From the NCBI GenBank assembly GCA_025929365.1, contig JAICMG010000001.1, positions 1,214 to 65,213 of the forward strand: 64,000 nucleotides of DNA. The letters run 5' to 3'. Origin of the DNA: Frankiaceae bacterium (GTDB lineage: Bacteria; Actinomycetota; Actinomycetes; JAFAQI01). Shown in pieces: positions 39,403 through 47,308 of this stretch. Positions within the stretch are counted from its first letter, which is position 1, and every line of letters starts with the position of its first letter. The translations under genes and the position numbers were made by a program. The notes under the pieces are model-generated. The model was not told where the DNA came from and did not search any database. It worked only from the letters and a program-made list of their open reading frames with translations.

Positions 39403-40173
39403 ATGACGGAACCACGCTCGGAAGCAACCCTCAGTGCAACGGCAGTCGCCCAGCAGGCGAGGCTGGCCGAGGTCTTCGTCGTCTTGGCCGACACCCTTGT
39501 CGCCGACTTCGACGTCGCGGGCTTGCTCGATCTGCTCGTCAGAACCTGCGTCGATGACCTCGGGGCGACAGCCGCCGGGCTCCTCCTCAGCGACCACCAG
39601 GGCGTGCTGCGCGTCGCGGCGTCGTCGAGTGAGGCGACCGCGTTGCTCGAGGCCTTTCAGATTCAGGCAGAGGAGGGCCCTTGCCTCGACGCCTTCCACA
39701 CGCGGCGGCCCGTCTCCGCGGACCTCACCGCCTCCGACAGCGCCTGGCCCACCTTCGCTCCGTTCGCGGTCTCGCACGGGATCAACCACGTCGACGCCCT
39801 GCCGATGCGGCTGCGCGACCAGTCGATCGGCGCGCTGAACCTGTTTCACGAGCATGATCTGACAACCATCGATCTTCGGGTTGCCCAGGCACTCGCGGAT
39901 GTCGCGACCATCGGAATCCTGCATCAGGAAGGGGCGCGTGCCGGCGACCTGATCATCGAACAGCTTCAGTCAGCGCTCAACAGCCGCGTCGTCATCGAAC
40001 AGGCCAAAGGCGTCCTCGCCGCGACCGGCCGAGTCGACATGGACACCGCGTTCCAGCAGCTGCGCAAATACTCCCGCGACAACAACGCAAAGCTGAGTGT
40101 GCTGGCCAGCCAGATCGCCAATCGCACGCTTGACCCTTCCGTCATCCTCCAGTGGCGGCAGCCGCCTGCCTGA
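39403..40173 (+). CDS. GAF-ANTAR RNA-binding regulator (paralog 2)
   Basis: ATG lies 2 nt after the paralog-1 stop. GAF-like region (…EEGPCLDAFHTRRPV…SIGALNLFHE…) and canonical ANTAR (…VVIEQAKGVLAATGRVDMDTAFQQLRKYSRDNNAKLSVLASQIA…). Confidence 0.85.
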   Translation: MTEPRSEATLSATAVAQQARLAEVFVVLADTLVADFDVAGLLDLLVRTCVDDLGATAAGLLLSDHQGVLRVAASSSEATALLEAFQIQAEEGPCLDAFHTRRPVSADLTASDSAWPTFAPFAVSHGINHVDALPMRLRDQSIGALNLFHEHDLTTIDLRVAQALADVATIGILHQEGARAGDLIIEQLQSALNSRVVIEQAKGVLAATGRVDMDTAFQQLRKYSRDNNAKLSVLASQIANRTLDPSVILQWRQPPA

Positions 40174-40209
40174 GGCTGGATGCACCTGTCGGCCCATCGC
40201 AACGAGAGG

Positions 40210-40380
40210 TCACTTCTCGGCGCGCCGGAAGTCGACCGGCAGGTGGGCCTTGCAGATGCAGCTGCGGACCAGCGAGCCGGCTGCCGTCGCGCGACAGTAC
40301 CGAGCTGCGATCGGATCGTGATCGGCCGGCGGATGCCCGCACAGGCATGCGATGACAGACGCTTCAACGGTGCGGGTCAT
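40210..40380 (-). CDS. putative small Cys/His-rich (metal-binding?) protein, 56 aa
   Basis: MTRTVEASVIACLCGHPPADHDPIAARYCRATAAGSLVRSCICKAHLPVDFRRAEK. GGAGG lies 6 nt upstream of the ATG. High GC3. Symmetric CxCxH … CxCxxH arrangement. Confidence 0.35.
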   Translation of the reverse strand: MTRTVEASVIACLCGHPPADHDPIAARYCRATAAGSLVRSCICKAHLPVDFRRAEK

Positions 40381-40640
40381 CCGAGACCTCCGCCGGGCCG
40401 TCGGTGCAAGGTGCTCATGGTCGGGATCGTGCCCATCAGTCGCAGACGGGCCGAGGGCGCGAACGGACCTGACAGGCCTAGGCGTGGTGAACAACGCGAA
40501 GGCTACTCCGCAACTGCCCGGCAGATCCGTGTCACACTCGACCTACCAGTCGCGGCTGGATCTCATCAAGACCTCGTGCTCACTCGCCGCCTCGATGCGC
40601 TCGCAACCGATGCTCGCCGGCGGATGGGGAAGCGTCCTAC

Positions 40641-42773
40641 ATGTGGCTCGATGCAGATCCCCTGAACGCCGCAGCCCCGGTGAGCCTGGAGCAGCCCGGC
40701 GGTCAGGTGACGATCGTCGAAGGCTCCTCCTTCTGCCTGTCCGGACGCGCGGGCGACATCCGTTCCGGGGCCGCGGACGGCCTGTTCGTGCTCGACGTCA
40801 GGGTTCTCAGCGAGTGGGAGCTCCGACTCGACGGGCACGCTCTGGAGCCGCTGTCTGTGAGCGGCGCGGAACCGTTCAGCGCAACGTTCGTCGCGCGTGG
40901 TCATCCGGGTGCTGATGGTGAAAGCACCTCCCTCGTCGTCCGGCGCCGCTGGGTGGGATCCGGAATGCGCGAGGACCTGGAGCTGCACAACTACAGCAGC
41001 CGAGAACTGACCCACGAGGTTGAGCTCAGAATCAGCAGCGATTTCGCCGACCTCTTCGCTGTCAAGGCCGGACGACCCAGTGCAGACGCTGCGAAGGACC
41101 CGGGGAGCGAACCTCTGCACGCCCGCTCCACGCATGGCTCGATCCTGCGAGAGGTGCTCGTCAGCGAGTGCTCCGCGGCGCAGCCCGGGCGGCCCGGACC
41201 GACCGGGCTGACCTGGACGGTGGTCATTCCGCCCAAGGCGTCGTGGCACACCTGCCTGGAGGTTTCGGTCCGGATCGGCGGCCACGCTGTCCCGTTGCAG
41301 TACGGATGCGGCCGGACGCCGCAGACGTCCAGGCCGGCCAGACGGCTCGCCGGCTGGCGCCAGCGGACACCAGTGCTGAGCTCCTGCGATGCTCGCCTCG
41401 ATGCCGCGATCGTCAGGTCGGTGGACGACATCAGCTCGCTCGTCATCGAAGACCCGCTACATCCCCAGTCACCGGTCGTCGCCGCGGGCGCACCGTGGTT
41501 CATGGCGCTGTTCGGCCGGGACTCGCTGCTCACGTCGTACATGACGATGATCGTCGATCCGGCGCTCGCGATAGGGACGCTGCAGACCTTGGCGCGGCTG
41601 CAGGGCAAGAAGACCGATGCCCTCACCGAGGAGCAACCCGGCCGGATCCTGCACGAGGTGCGGTTCAACTCCTCCGCGACGGCCGACATGGAAGATGGCC
41701 GCATCTACTACGGAACCGTCGACGCAACCCCGCTGTTCGTGGTGCTGATCGGTGAGCTCAGCCGCTGGGGCGTCGACCGCGCGGTCGTCGACGAGCTGCT
41801 CCCCCACGCGGACCTGGCGCTGGAGTGGATCGAGCGCTACGGCGACATCGACGGCGACGGCTACGTCGAGTACCAGCGGTCGTCGGCGCAAGGTCTGGCA
41901 AACCAAGGCTGGAAGGACTCCTGGGACGGCGTCAACGCCGCGGACGGCACCCTCGCGATCGCACCCGTCGCGCTCGCCGAGGTCCAGGGCTACGTCTACG
42001 CCGCGTATCTCGCTCGTGCCGACCTTGCTGCCGAGCGCAACGACACCGCCACCGCCGAGAGCTACACGCAAAAGGCCACGAAGCTTCGATCCGCGTTCAA
42101 CCGTGACTTCTGGGTCGCCGCCAAGGGCTGGTACGCGATTGCCCTCGACGGCGACAAGAAGCAGGTCGATGGGCTGGCGAGCAACATGGGCCACTGCCTG
42201 TGGTCCGGGATCATCGATCCGGATCGTGCGGGTCGTGTCGCCGCGCACCTCGTCTCCCCCGAGCTGTTCAGCGGGTGGGGGGTGCGCACCCTGGCGACCA
42301 CGATGTCCCGGTACAACCCGCTGAGCTACCACAACGGCTCGGTCTGGCCGCACGACAGCGCGATCGCTGCCGCCGGCCTCATGCGTTACGGCTTCACCGA
42401 CGAGGCGTGCCGCATTCTCGACGCGGTCCTCGACGCGTCGGTGACGAACGGCGGCCGGTTGCCGGAGCTGTACGCCGGAGTCGCGCGGGAGGAACTGCCG
42501 GTCCCGGTGGCGTACCCGACCTCCTGCTCACCGCAGGCATGGTCGTCCGCGTCCGCGTTGTTGGTGCTTCGCACGCTGTTGCGCTTCGAGCCCCGGCTCG
42601 ACCTCGGGCAGATAGGAATCTCCCCCGTCGACGGCGATCACCGTGTCGGAAATGTGCAGATCTCACTTGCTCGTTCCCGGCTGACTGTCCTCACCACGCC
42701 CGACGGTCAGGTCGAGGTCAACGGCGTACCGGCTGGCGTGGCGCTCGTGGTCGCGCCTCCTGCCACGGCCTAG
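40641..42773 (+). CDS. amylo-alpha-1,6-glucosidase / glycogen-debranching-enzyme-like protein (GDE_N + GDE_C)
   Basis: 710 aa. N-terminal …VTIVEGSSFCLSGRAGDI… and a C-terminal (alpha/alpha)6 catalytic region (…GWKDSWDG…, …YHNGSVWPHD…). Confidence 0.8.
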   Translation: MWLDADPLNAAAPVSLEQPGGQVTIVEGSSFCLSGRAGDIRSGAADGLFVLDVRVLSEWELRLDGHALEPLSVSGAEPFSATFVARGHPGADGESTSLVVRRRWVGSGMREDLELHNYSSRELTHEVELRISSDFADLFAVKAGRPSADAAKDPGSEPLHARSTHGSILREVLVSECSAAQPGRPGPTGLTWTVVIPPKASWHTCLEVSVRIGGHAVPLQYGCGRTPQTSRPARRLAGWRQRTPVLSSCDARLDAAIVRSVDDISSLVIEDPLHPQSPVVAAGAPWFMALFGRDSLLTSYMTMIVDPALAIGTLQTLARLQGKKTDALTEEQPGRILHEVRFNSSATADMEDGRIYYGTVDATPLFVVLIGELSRWGVDRAVVDELLPHADLALEWIERYGDIDGDGYVEYQRSSAQGLANQGWKDSWDGVNAADGTLAIAPVALAEVQGYVYAAYLARADLAAERNDTATAESYTQKATKLRSAFNRDFWVAAKGWYAIALDGDKKQVDGLASNMGHCLWSGIIDPDRAGRVAAHLVSPELFSGWGVRTLATTMSRYNPLSYHNGSVWPHDSAIAAAGLMRYGFTDEACRILDAVLDASVTNGGRLPELYAGVAREELPVPVAYPTSCSPQAWSSASALLVLRTLLRFEPRLDLGQIGISPVDGDHRVGNVQISLARSRLTVLTTPDGQVEVNGVPAGVALVVAPPATA

Positions 42774-43806
42774 GTGCGTCCTCCCGGGCCTTGATCACCC
42801 GCCGGTAGAGCGCAAGGTGGTCCGCCACGACGCGTGCCGTCGAGAACCGCGCCGTCACGGTCGCCCGACACGCGTCCCGGTCGAGGCGGCCGACCTCGGC
42901 CAGGCGAGCCACCATGGTCGCCTCGTCGCCGCACAAGAACCCGGTGACACCATGCTCGACGATCTCCGGGGCTGCTCCCAACGGGGATGCCAGGACCGGC
43001 GTGCCGGCGGCAAGGGCCTCGACCATCACCAGGCCGAACGGCTCCGCCCACTGGATCGGGTTGAGCAGCGCCACCGCTCCTTGGACCAGCGTCAGCACGT
43101 CGGCCTGCCCCAGTTCGCCGACGTACTCGACATCGCCGACGAGCAACGGCTTGACGTTCGCCTCGAACCAGGCCTGCTCCGCCGGTTCCCGCATCTTCGC
43201 CGCGATTCGCAGCGGCAGACCCGCTGCGTGTGCCACGCGCGCCGCGGCGTCCACGCCCTTGTCCGGATGCATCCGGCCGACGAACGCGAGATATCCGCCA
43301 TCGCCGGCACCCGCCGTCACCTCGTCAGCATCGAGCCCGTGGTGGATGACGGTCGCGACCTGGATTCCCTCGTGTGCTGCCTCGACGGCCTGCGAGTGAG
43401 AGATCGCAATGATCGGGACGCGGCGAGCGAACGATCGGTAGACCTCGCTCACCTCGGGAGTGAACGGACCGTGACTGGTCGTGACCAGCGGGGGCGCACC
43501 TGGCCGCGTTCCGATGGCCGGGCCCGCCAGCGTGTGGTCGTGGACGATGTCACATCGGGCGAGACTGTCGTGCCCGCGAATCACGTGCGCGAGCTCGACG
43601 GTGGTGATCCCGATGTGCTCGGGCCGCGCGGGGAGGGTGTCGGCCACGGTCTCGACCGGACACGTGCTGTCACCCGCAGCGAAGAGCAGCACCTCGTGTC
43701 CGGCCGCCACCAGGCCGCGGGCCAAGCGATCGACGACGGCTTCGGTGCCGCCGTACAGCGGCGGCGGGACCGGAAGCCACGGCGGAGCGAGCAGACCGAC
43801 CTTCAC
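42718..43806 (-). CDS. glycosyltransferase family 4 (GT-B, group 1)
   Basis: From the GTG at 43806 the sequence reads VKVGLLAPPWLPVPPPLYGGTEAVVDRLARGLVAAGHEV, with a C-terminal E-x7-E-like region (…EPFGLVMVEALAAGTPVLAS…). The 3' end overlaps the GDE gene by 55 nt (convergent). Confidence 0.8.
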   Translation of the reverse strand: MKVGLLAPPWLPVPPPLYGGTEAVVDRLARGLVAAGHEVLLFAAGDSTCPVETVADTLPARPEHIGITTVELAHVIRGHDSLARCDIVHDHTLAGPAIGTRPGAPPLVTTSHGPFTPEVSEVYRSFARRVPIIAISHSQAVEAAHEGIQVATVIHHGLDADEVTAGAGDGGYLAFVGRMHPDKGVDAAARVAHAAGLPLRIAAKMREPAEQAWFEANVKPLLVGDVEYVGELGQADVLTLVQGAVALLNPIQWAEPFGLVMVEALAAGTPVLASPLGAAPEIVEHGVTGFLCGDEATMVARLAEVGRLDRDACRATVTARFSTARVVADHLALYRRVIKAREDAPRPWQEARPRAPRQPVRR

Positions 43807-43966
43807 GCCGCTCGCCGCCTTCAGATAGCCGCGGCAAGGGACTGCGCAAGGTCCGAACGGACCCCGGTCGCGAGGGAGTCTCAGTCTCGCACAGGGCACA
43901 CCCTGCGGCTTTCGCGAGTCTTCGGCTCCGCCCGGCCCTCGCGTTCGTCAGACGTGGGTGCGCGAG

Positions 43967-44698
43967 TCAGGTGGTAACGACGAGCGGAGTTCCCAGCGGT
44001 AGTCGCCCGGCAAGCATGGTGATCACCTGGTTGGACACCCGGATGCAGCCGTGCGTCACCGAGTGACCGATCGAGGACGGATCGCTCGTGCCATGCAGGC
44101 CGAGCTGCCCGGGCCCGCCGGCGAAGTGCTTCAGCACGGGTGAGAAGCCGGATAGCCCGAACGCGTAGGGACCGTATGCGCCACCGGGCTGCGGCTGCCG
44201 CAGCAGCGCGGTGAGGAAGAACGTGCCGCGCGGGGTCGGCGTCGCCGGCGCGCCCACCGCCGCCCGCGTTCGATAGACGAGCCGACCCGCGTCGTACAGC
44301 AGCAGCTGGTGGCGGGTCAGGGATACCTCGACGCGGTAGGCCACCCACATCAGCCGTACCGATGACTCCGGAATCCAGCCGGTGGACCCGTTGGGGCGAA
44401 TCGGCAACAGCACCTTCAGCCAGCTGCCGCTGCGCGCGACGGGCATCAAGGTGAGCGGCTCGCCGAAGCTGGTCGGGCTCGCCAGCCGCGTGACGACGGC
44501 ACCACTCGGCGTACGTCGGGCGACCAAATGGTGACGCAGGGCCTGCGCGACCCAGGTGTACGTCGGCGGAGCAGCAGCGGCAGCCCGCGTCGTGCCGCCG
44601 ATGCCCGCGTCCGTGAACGCGCATCCGGTGGCGGAAGCCGTCAGGGCCACGGCAAGCACGACCGCGGCGAGCGCACGGTGCGGAAGGGGCCTGGTCAC
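43967..44698 (-). CDS. L,D-transpeptidase (YkuD domain) lipoprotein
   Basis: Lipobox TASATGC. Catalytic HGTSDPSSIGHSVTHGCIRVSN motif. Confidence 0.85.
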   Translation of the reverse strand: MTRPLPHRALAAVVLAVALTASATGCAFTDAGIGGTTRAAAAAPPTYTWVAQALRHHLVARRTPSGAVVTRLASPTSFGEPLTLMPVARSGSWLKVLLPIRPNGSTGWIPESSVRLMWVAYRVEVSLTRHQLLLYDAGRLVYRTRAAVGAPATPTPRGTFFLTALLRQPQPGGAYGPYAFGLSGFSPVLKHFAGGPGQLGLHGTSDPSSIGHSVTHGCIRVSNQVITMLAGRLPLGTPLVVTT

Positions 44699-44706
44699 GA
44701 GCTACG

Positions 44707-45267
44707 TCAGCCGGTGAAGTTGGCCTTCTTGGTCTTCGCGGCGTGCACCTGCGCCTGGGTGAAAGCACCGGTTGCTCCGCCACCACCCGCGCCGGCGCCG
44801 CCGCCGCCGTGCGACCCGCGGCCGGACGTGCTCGACGGGGAGGCACAGGGATCGCTGGAGGGCGACGCGCTCGACGAGGCAGTCGGGTCGGCCGACGTGG
44901 TCGTGCTGGCCGAGGCGCTCGGCGTCGCGGTCGTGGTCGGTGTCACCGAGGCGCTGGGCGAGGCGGCGTCGGGGTTGGCGTTGCCGAACGTCATGCCCTG
45001 AAGCAGTCGGGCTGACGACCCGGACGGAGCCGGCGACGCCGAAGCTGAGCCGGACGACGCGGGTGGCGGCGGCGAGGCCGACGGGAACAGGCCGTTCGTG
45101 AGGTCGCACACCAGTGACTGCAGCGAGGGCGGTGAGCCAGAGGGCGTGGTGGAGGGCGACGGGGAGGCTGCCTGCGGGCCAGGCGCCGAATCAGCTGCCA
45201 CCGCCACCGCGGCCGGGGTGATGAGGATCGCTACCGCCGCTGACAGTCCCAGCGTCAGCCGGTTCAT
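44707..45267 (-). CDS. secreted Ser/Pro/Ala/Thr-rich low-complexity protein
   Basis: Signal peptide MNRLTLGLSAAVAILITPAAVAVAADS, then about 150 aa of S/P/A/T-rich sequence with a Gly-rich stretch. 9 nt upstream of the L,D-transpeptidase gene. Confidence 0.55.
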   Translation of the reverse strand: MNRLTLGLSAAVAILITPAAVAVAADSAPGPQAASPSPSTTPSGSPPSLQSLVCDLTNGLFPSASPPPPASSGSASASPAPSGSSARLLQGMTFGNANPDAASPSASVTPTTTATPSASASTTTSADPTASSSASPSSDPCASPSSTSGRGSHGGGGAGAGGGGATGAFTQAQVHAAKTKKANFTG

Positions 45268-45408
45268 CGCAGACCTCCAGAGGAGACGTCAGGTGCTCCG
45301 GGACGAACGAAGATGTCTCGAACTCGCCTACCCGCGCCGATCATCAGAAAACGACCGAGAGCAGCCCGTCCTGCGGGTTGGAGATGGGCCGCCAGCGGGC
45401 AGAAGGGC

Positions 45409-45753
45409 CATATGACTGAACCGATGCGCGAGGCATTGACCAACCTGCGCGAGCACACGCCGACGCTGCCCTCGGTGAAGGATGCAGGTGAGGCGGTCCG
45501 CTCCCACCTCCCGGACGTCGATCTGGACGCGATGCGCGGACATCTCACCGCGCTGAAAGAGGTCGACACCTCTGCGATCACCGAACGCGTCCGGTCCAAG
45601 GCACGAAGCAAGTGGACCCTTGCGGCGATGGTGGCCGCTATTGCCGCTGCCGCGGCGGCTGCCGCCAAGTACGCGCGGGCGAAGCGGGCCGCGGCCGCTG
45701 AGCGGGCCACCACCCCGCCCAACATGTACACGCCGCCGCTGCCCAAGGCCTGA
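45409..45753 (+). CDS. hypothetical protein with C-terminal Ala-rich hydrophobic helix
   Basis: From the internal Met MTEPMREALTNLREH…. High GC3. No recognizable domain. Confidence 0.4.
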   Translation, partial: HMTEPMREALTNLREHTPTLPSVKDAGEAVRSHLPDVDLDAMRGHLTALKEVDTSAITERVRSKARSKWTLAAMVAAIAAAAAAAAKYARAKRAAAAERATTPPNMYTPPLPKA

Positions 45754-45765
45754 GGCCGCCTTCGC

Positions 45766-45810
45766 GGGTGGCTAGGCGAGGGGTGGCTATGCGAGGGGTG
45801 GCTAGGCGAG
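45766..45810. repeat. tandem repeat, 3 x 15 bp (GGGTGGCTAGGCGAG / GGGTGGCTATGCGAG / GGGTGGCTAGGCGAG)
   Basis: Direct head-to-tail copies with one mismatch. Lies in the convergent gap and contains the stop codon (CTAG) of the 45802..46023 ORF. Confidence 0.8.
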
Positions 45811-46023
45811 CGCGGAGCTCCAGCGCTCGGCAGGATCGCGGCGCGGGTTGCCGACATGCCAGCCGCCGCAGCGGCGGCAGAAGTGCGCCGCCAGCATGAA
45901 GTCGTCGTCGTAGTTGCGCCGTCTCGCCATCGCGTACCAGGCCTGTCGGTCTGCCTCGCTGTACGTCTCGAACCGTTGCCGGCCTTCGCAGGTCTCCAAC
46001 CGGACTTGGGAAGTAGTACTCAC
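45802..46023 (-). CDS. small hypothetical protein with C-terminal CxxC-GGWH motif, 73 aa
   Basis: GTG start. GC3 is almost 90% in this frame versus AT-rich third positions in the overlapping alternative frame. Sequence …TCEG…FCRRCGGWHV… is zinc-ribbon-like. Confidence 0.45.
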   Translation of the reverse strand: MSTTSQVRLETCEGRQRFETYSEADRQAWYAMARRRNYDDDFMLAAHFCRRCGGWHVGNPRRDPAERWSSALA

Positions 46024-46109
46024 GCATGATCGATTCCCGAAACCGAAGATCGTTACGCCGGCGAGTTCGCGAGCCCCCTAGCTCAGCTCGGGCAGCGTCT
46101 GGCTGCGGT

Positions 46110-46695
46110 CGAGGGCACCCCGCGAACAGGTCGCCTCGCTCGGCCAGCCGCTTGATCAGGGAACGGACGGTGAACGCGTCGGGCCGCAGCCCGGGCCTGT
46201 CCAGCTCCTCCCATGCGATCGGCGCTGACACGGGCGACCCGGCGCGGGACGAGGGCTGTACGGCGCGACCAGCGTTTTGTTGATCGCGTTCTGCGTGTAG
46301 TCCAGCCTCGCCAGGCCACCGCGGTCGTCAACCTGCCATTTCCAGCTCACGAGGTCAGCATGACCGCCCCGACAGCCCGTGAGACTCCCTCGACCCAGTC
46401 ACGGGTCTCGTCGAAGGACGGACCGGGCGCGATCGGGAAACAGCACCTTGTCGAGGTTCGTCACCCGGAGCTCGCGACCGAACACCCGCACCGACCGGCC
46501 GTGATCCTCCGGGTCCCACCCCGACACGGCGTAGTCGTCGCGCTTGTGCAGCATCAGCCACTCCTCCTTGCCGGAGGAGTCGGTCTTGGTCCGGACCAGG
46601 ACGAACCGCCCGCGCAGCTTCTCGCCGTGCACGTCGAGGTGAAGCTCACCGGCGGCGACTGCGGCCGCCGGGTCCAGCGTGGGCCCGTTCGGCAT
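46110..46695 (-). pseudogene. remnant of an NHEJ LigD-like gene (3'-phosphoesterase C-terminus plus polymerase/primase domain), 5'-truncated and frameshifted
   Basis: Frame A (46399-46695) reads …GELHLDVHGEKLRGRFVLVR…EEWLMLHKRDDYA (PE-domain C-terminal signature), followed by RELRVTNLDKVLFPD (PolDom N-terminus). After the stop, frame B reads …TLVAPYSPRPAPG… and frame C reads …APIAWEELDRPGLRPDAFTVRSLIKRLAERGDLFAG (PolDom C-terminus). At least two frameshifts are present. The PE N-terminus is missing because the DJ-1 gene abuts at 46706. Confidence 0.65.
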
Positions 46696-46705
46696 GCGCC
46701 GGATC

Positions 46706-47266
46706 TCAGCCGGTTGCGGCGAACCGATCGACGACCTCGTGGCAGAACGCCTTCAGGTCATCGGGCTTGCGCGAGGTGATGAGGACGTTCGGACCGCCGG
46801 TGCACACCACGACCTCCTCGTCCACCCAGTTCGCGCCCGCGTTGCGAAGGTCCGTTTGCAAGCTCGGCCAGCTCGTCACCTTCCGGCCGCGGACGACGTC
46901 GGCCTCCACGAGCGTCCAGGGCGCGTGGCAGATTGCCGCCACCGGCTTACCTCGATCGAAGAACGCCCTTGCGAACCCCACTGCCTCTTCCTTCATGCGC
47001 AACTGATCGGGATTCGCGACGCCGCCCGGCAGCACAAGCCCGTCGTAGTCGTCGGCGTGTGCGCGGACGAGATCAACATCGACCGGGAAGCTGTCCGCCT
47101 TGTCGAGGTGGTTGAAGGCTTGGACCTCTCCACCGTCAGGCGCGACAAGCAGCGGAGTTCCGCCGGCGTCAGTCACGGCCTTCCAGGGTTCAGTGAGCTC
47201 GACTTGCTCAACACCTTCGTTTGCGACCAAGAATGCGATGGTCTTGCCAATCAGCTCGTCTGCCAT
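46706..47266 (-). CDS. DJ-1/PfpI-family protein (class I glutamine-amidotransferase-like)
   Basis: MADELIGKTIAFLV…, nucleophile elbow AAICHAPW, …DGLVLPGG…. Confidence 0.85.
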   Translation of the reverse strand: MADELIGKTIAFLVANEGVEQVELTEPWKAVTDAGGTPLLVAPDGGEVQAFNHLDKADSFPVDVDLVRAHADDYDGLVLPGGVANPDQLRMKEEAVGFARAFFDRGKPVAAICHAPWTLVEADVVRGRKVTSWPSLQTDLRNAGANWVDEEVVVCTGGPNVLITSRKPDDLKAFCHEVVDRFAATG

Positions 47267-47308
47267 ACCTGTCGGCTTCCCGATGCACGCCGGCATATGC
47301 AGGGTCGG

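Noticed and set aside
44743-45109. Plus-strand ORFs 44743-45015 and 44772-45101 and minus-strand ORF 44702-45109 (Arg-rich)
   Set aside because: These are alternative frames of the S/P-rich secreted protein gene. Arg/Gly-rich artefacts.
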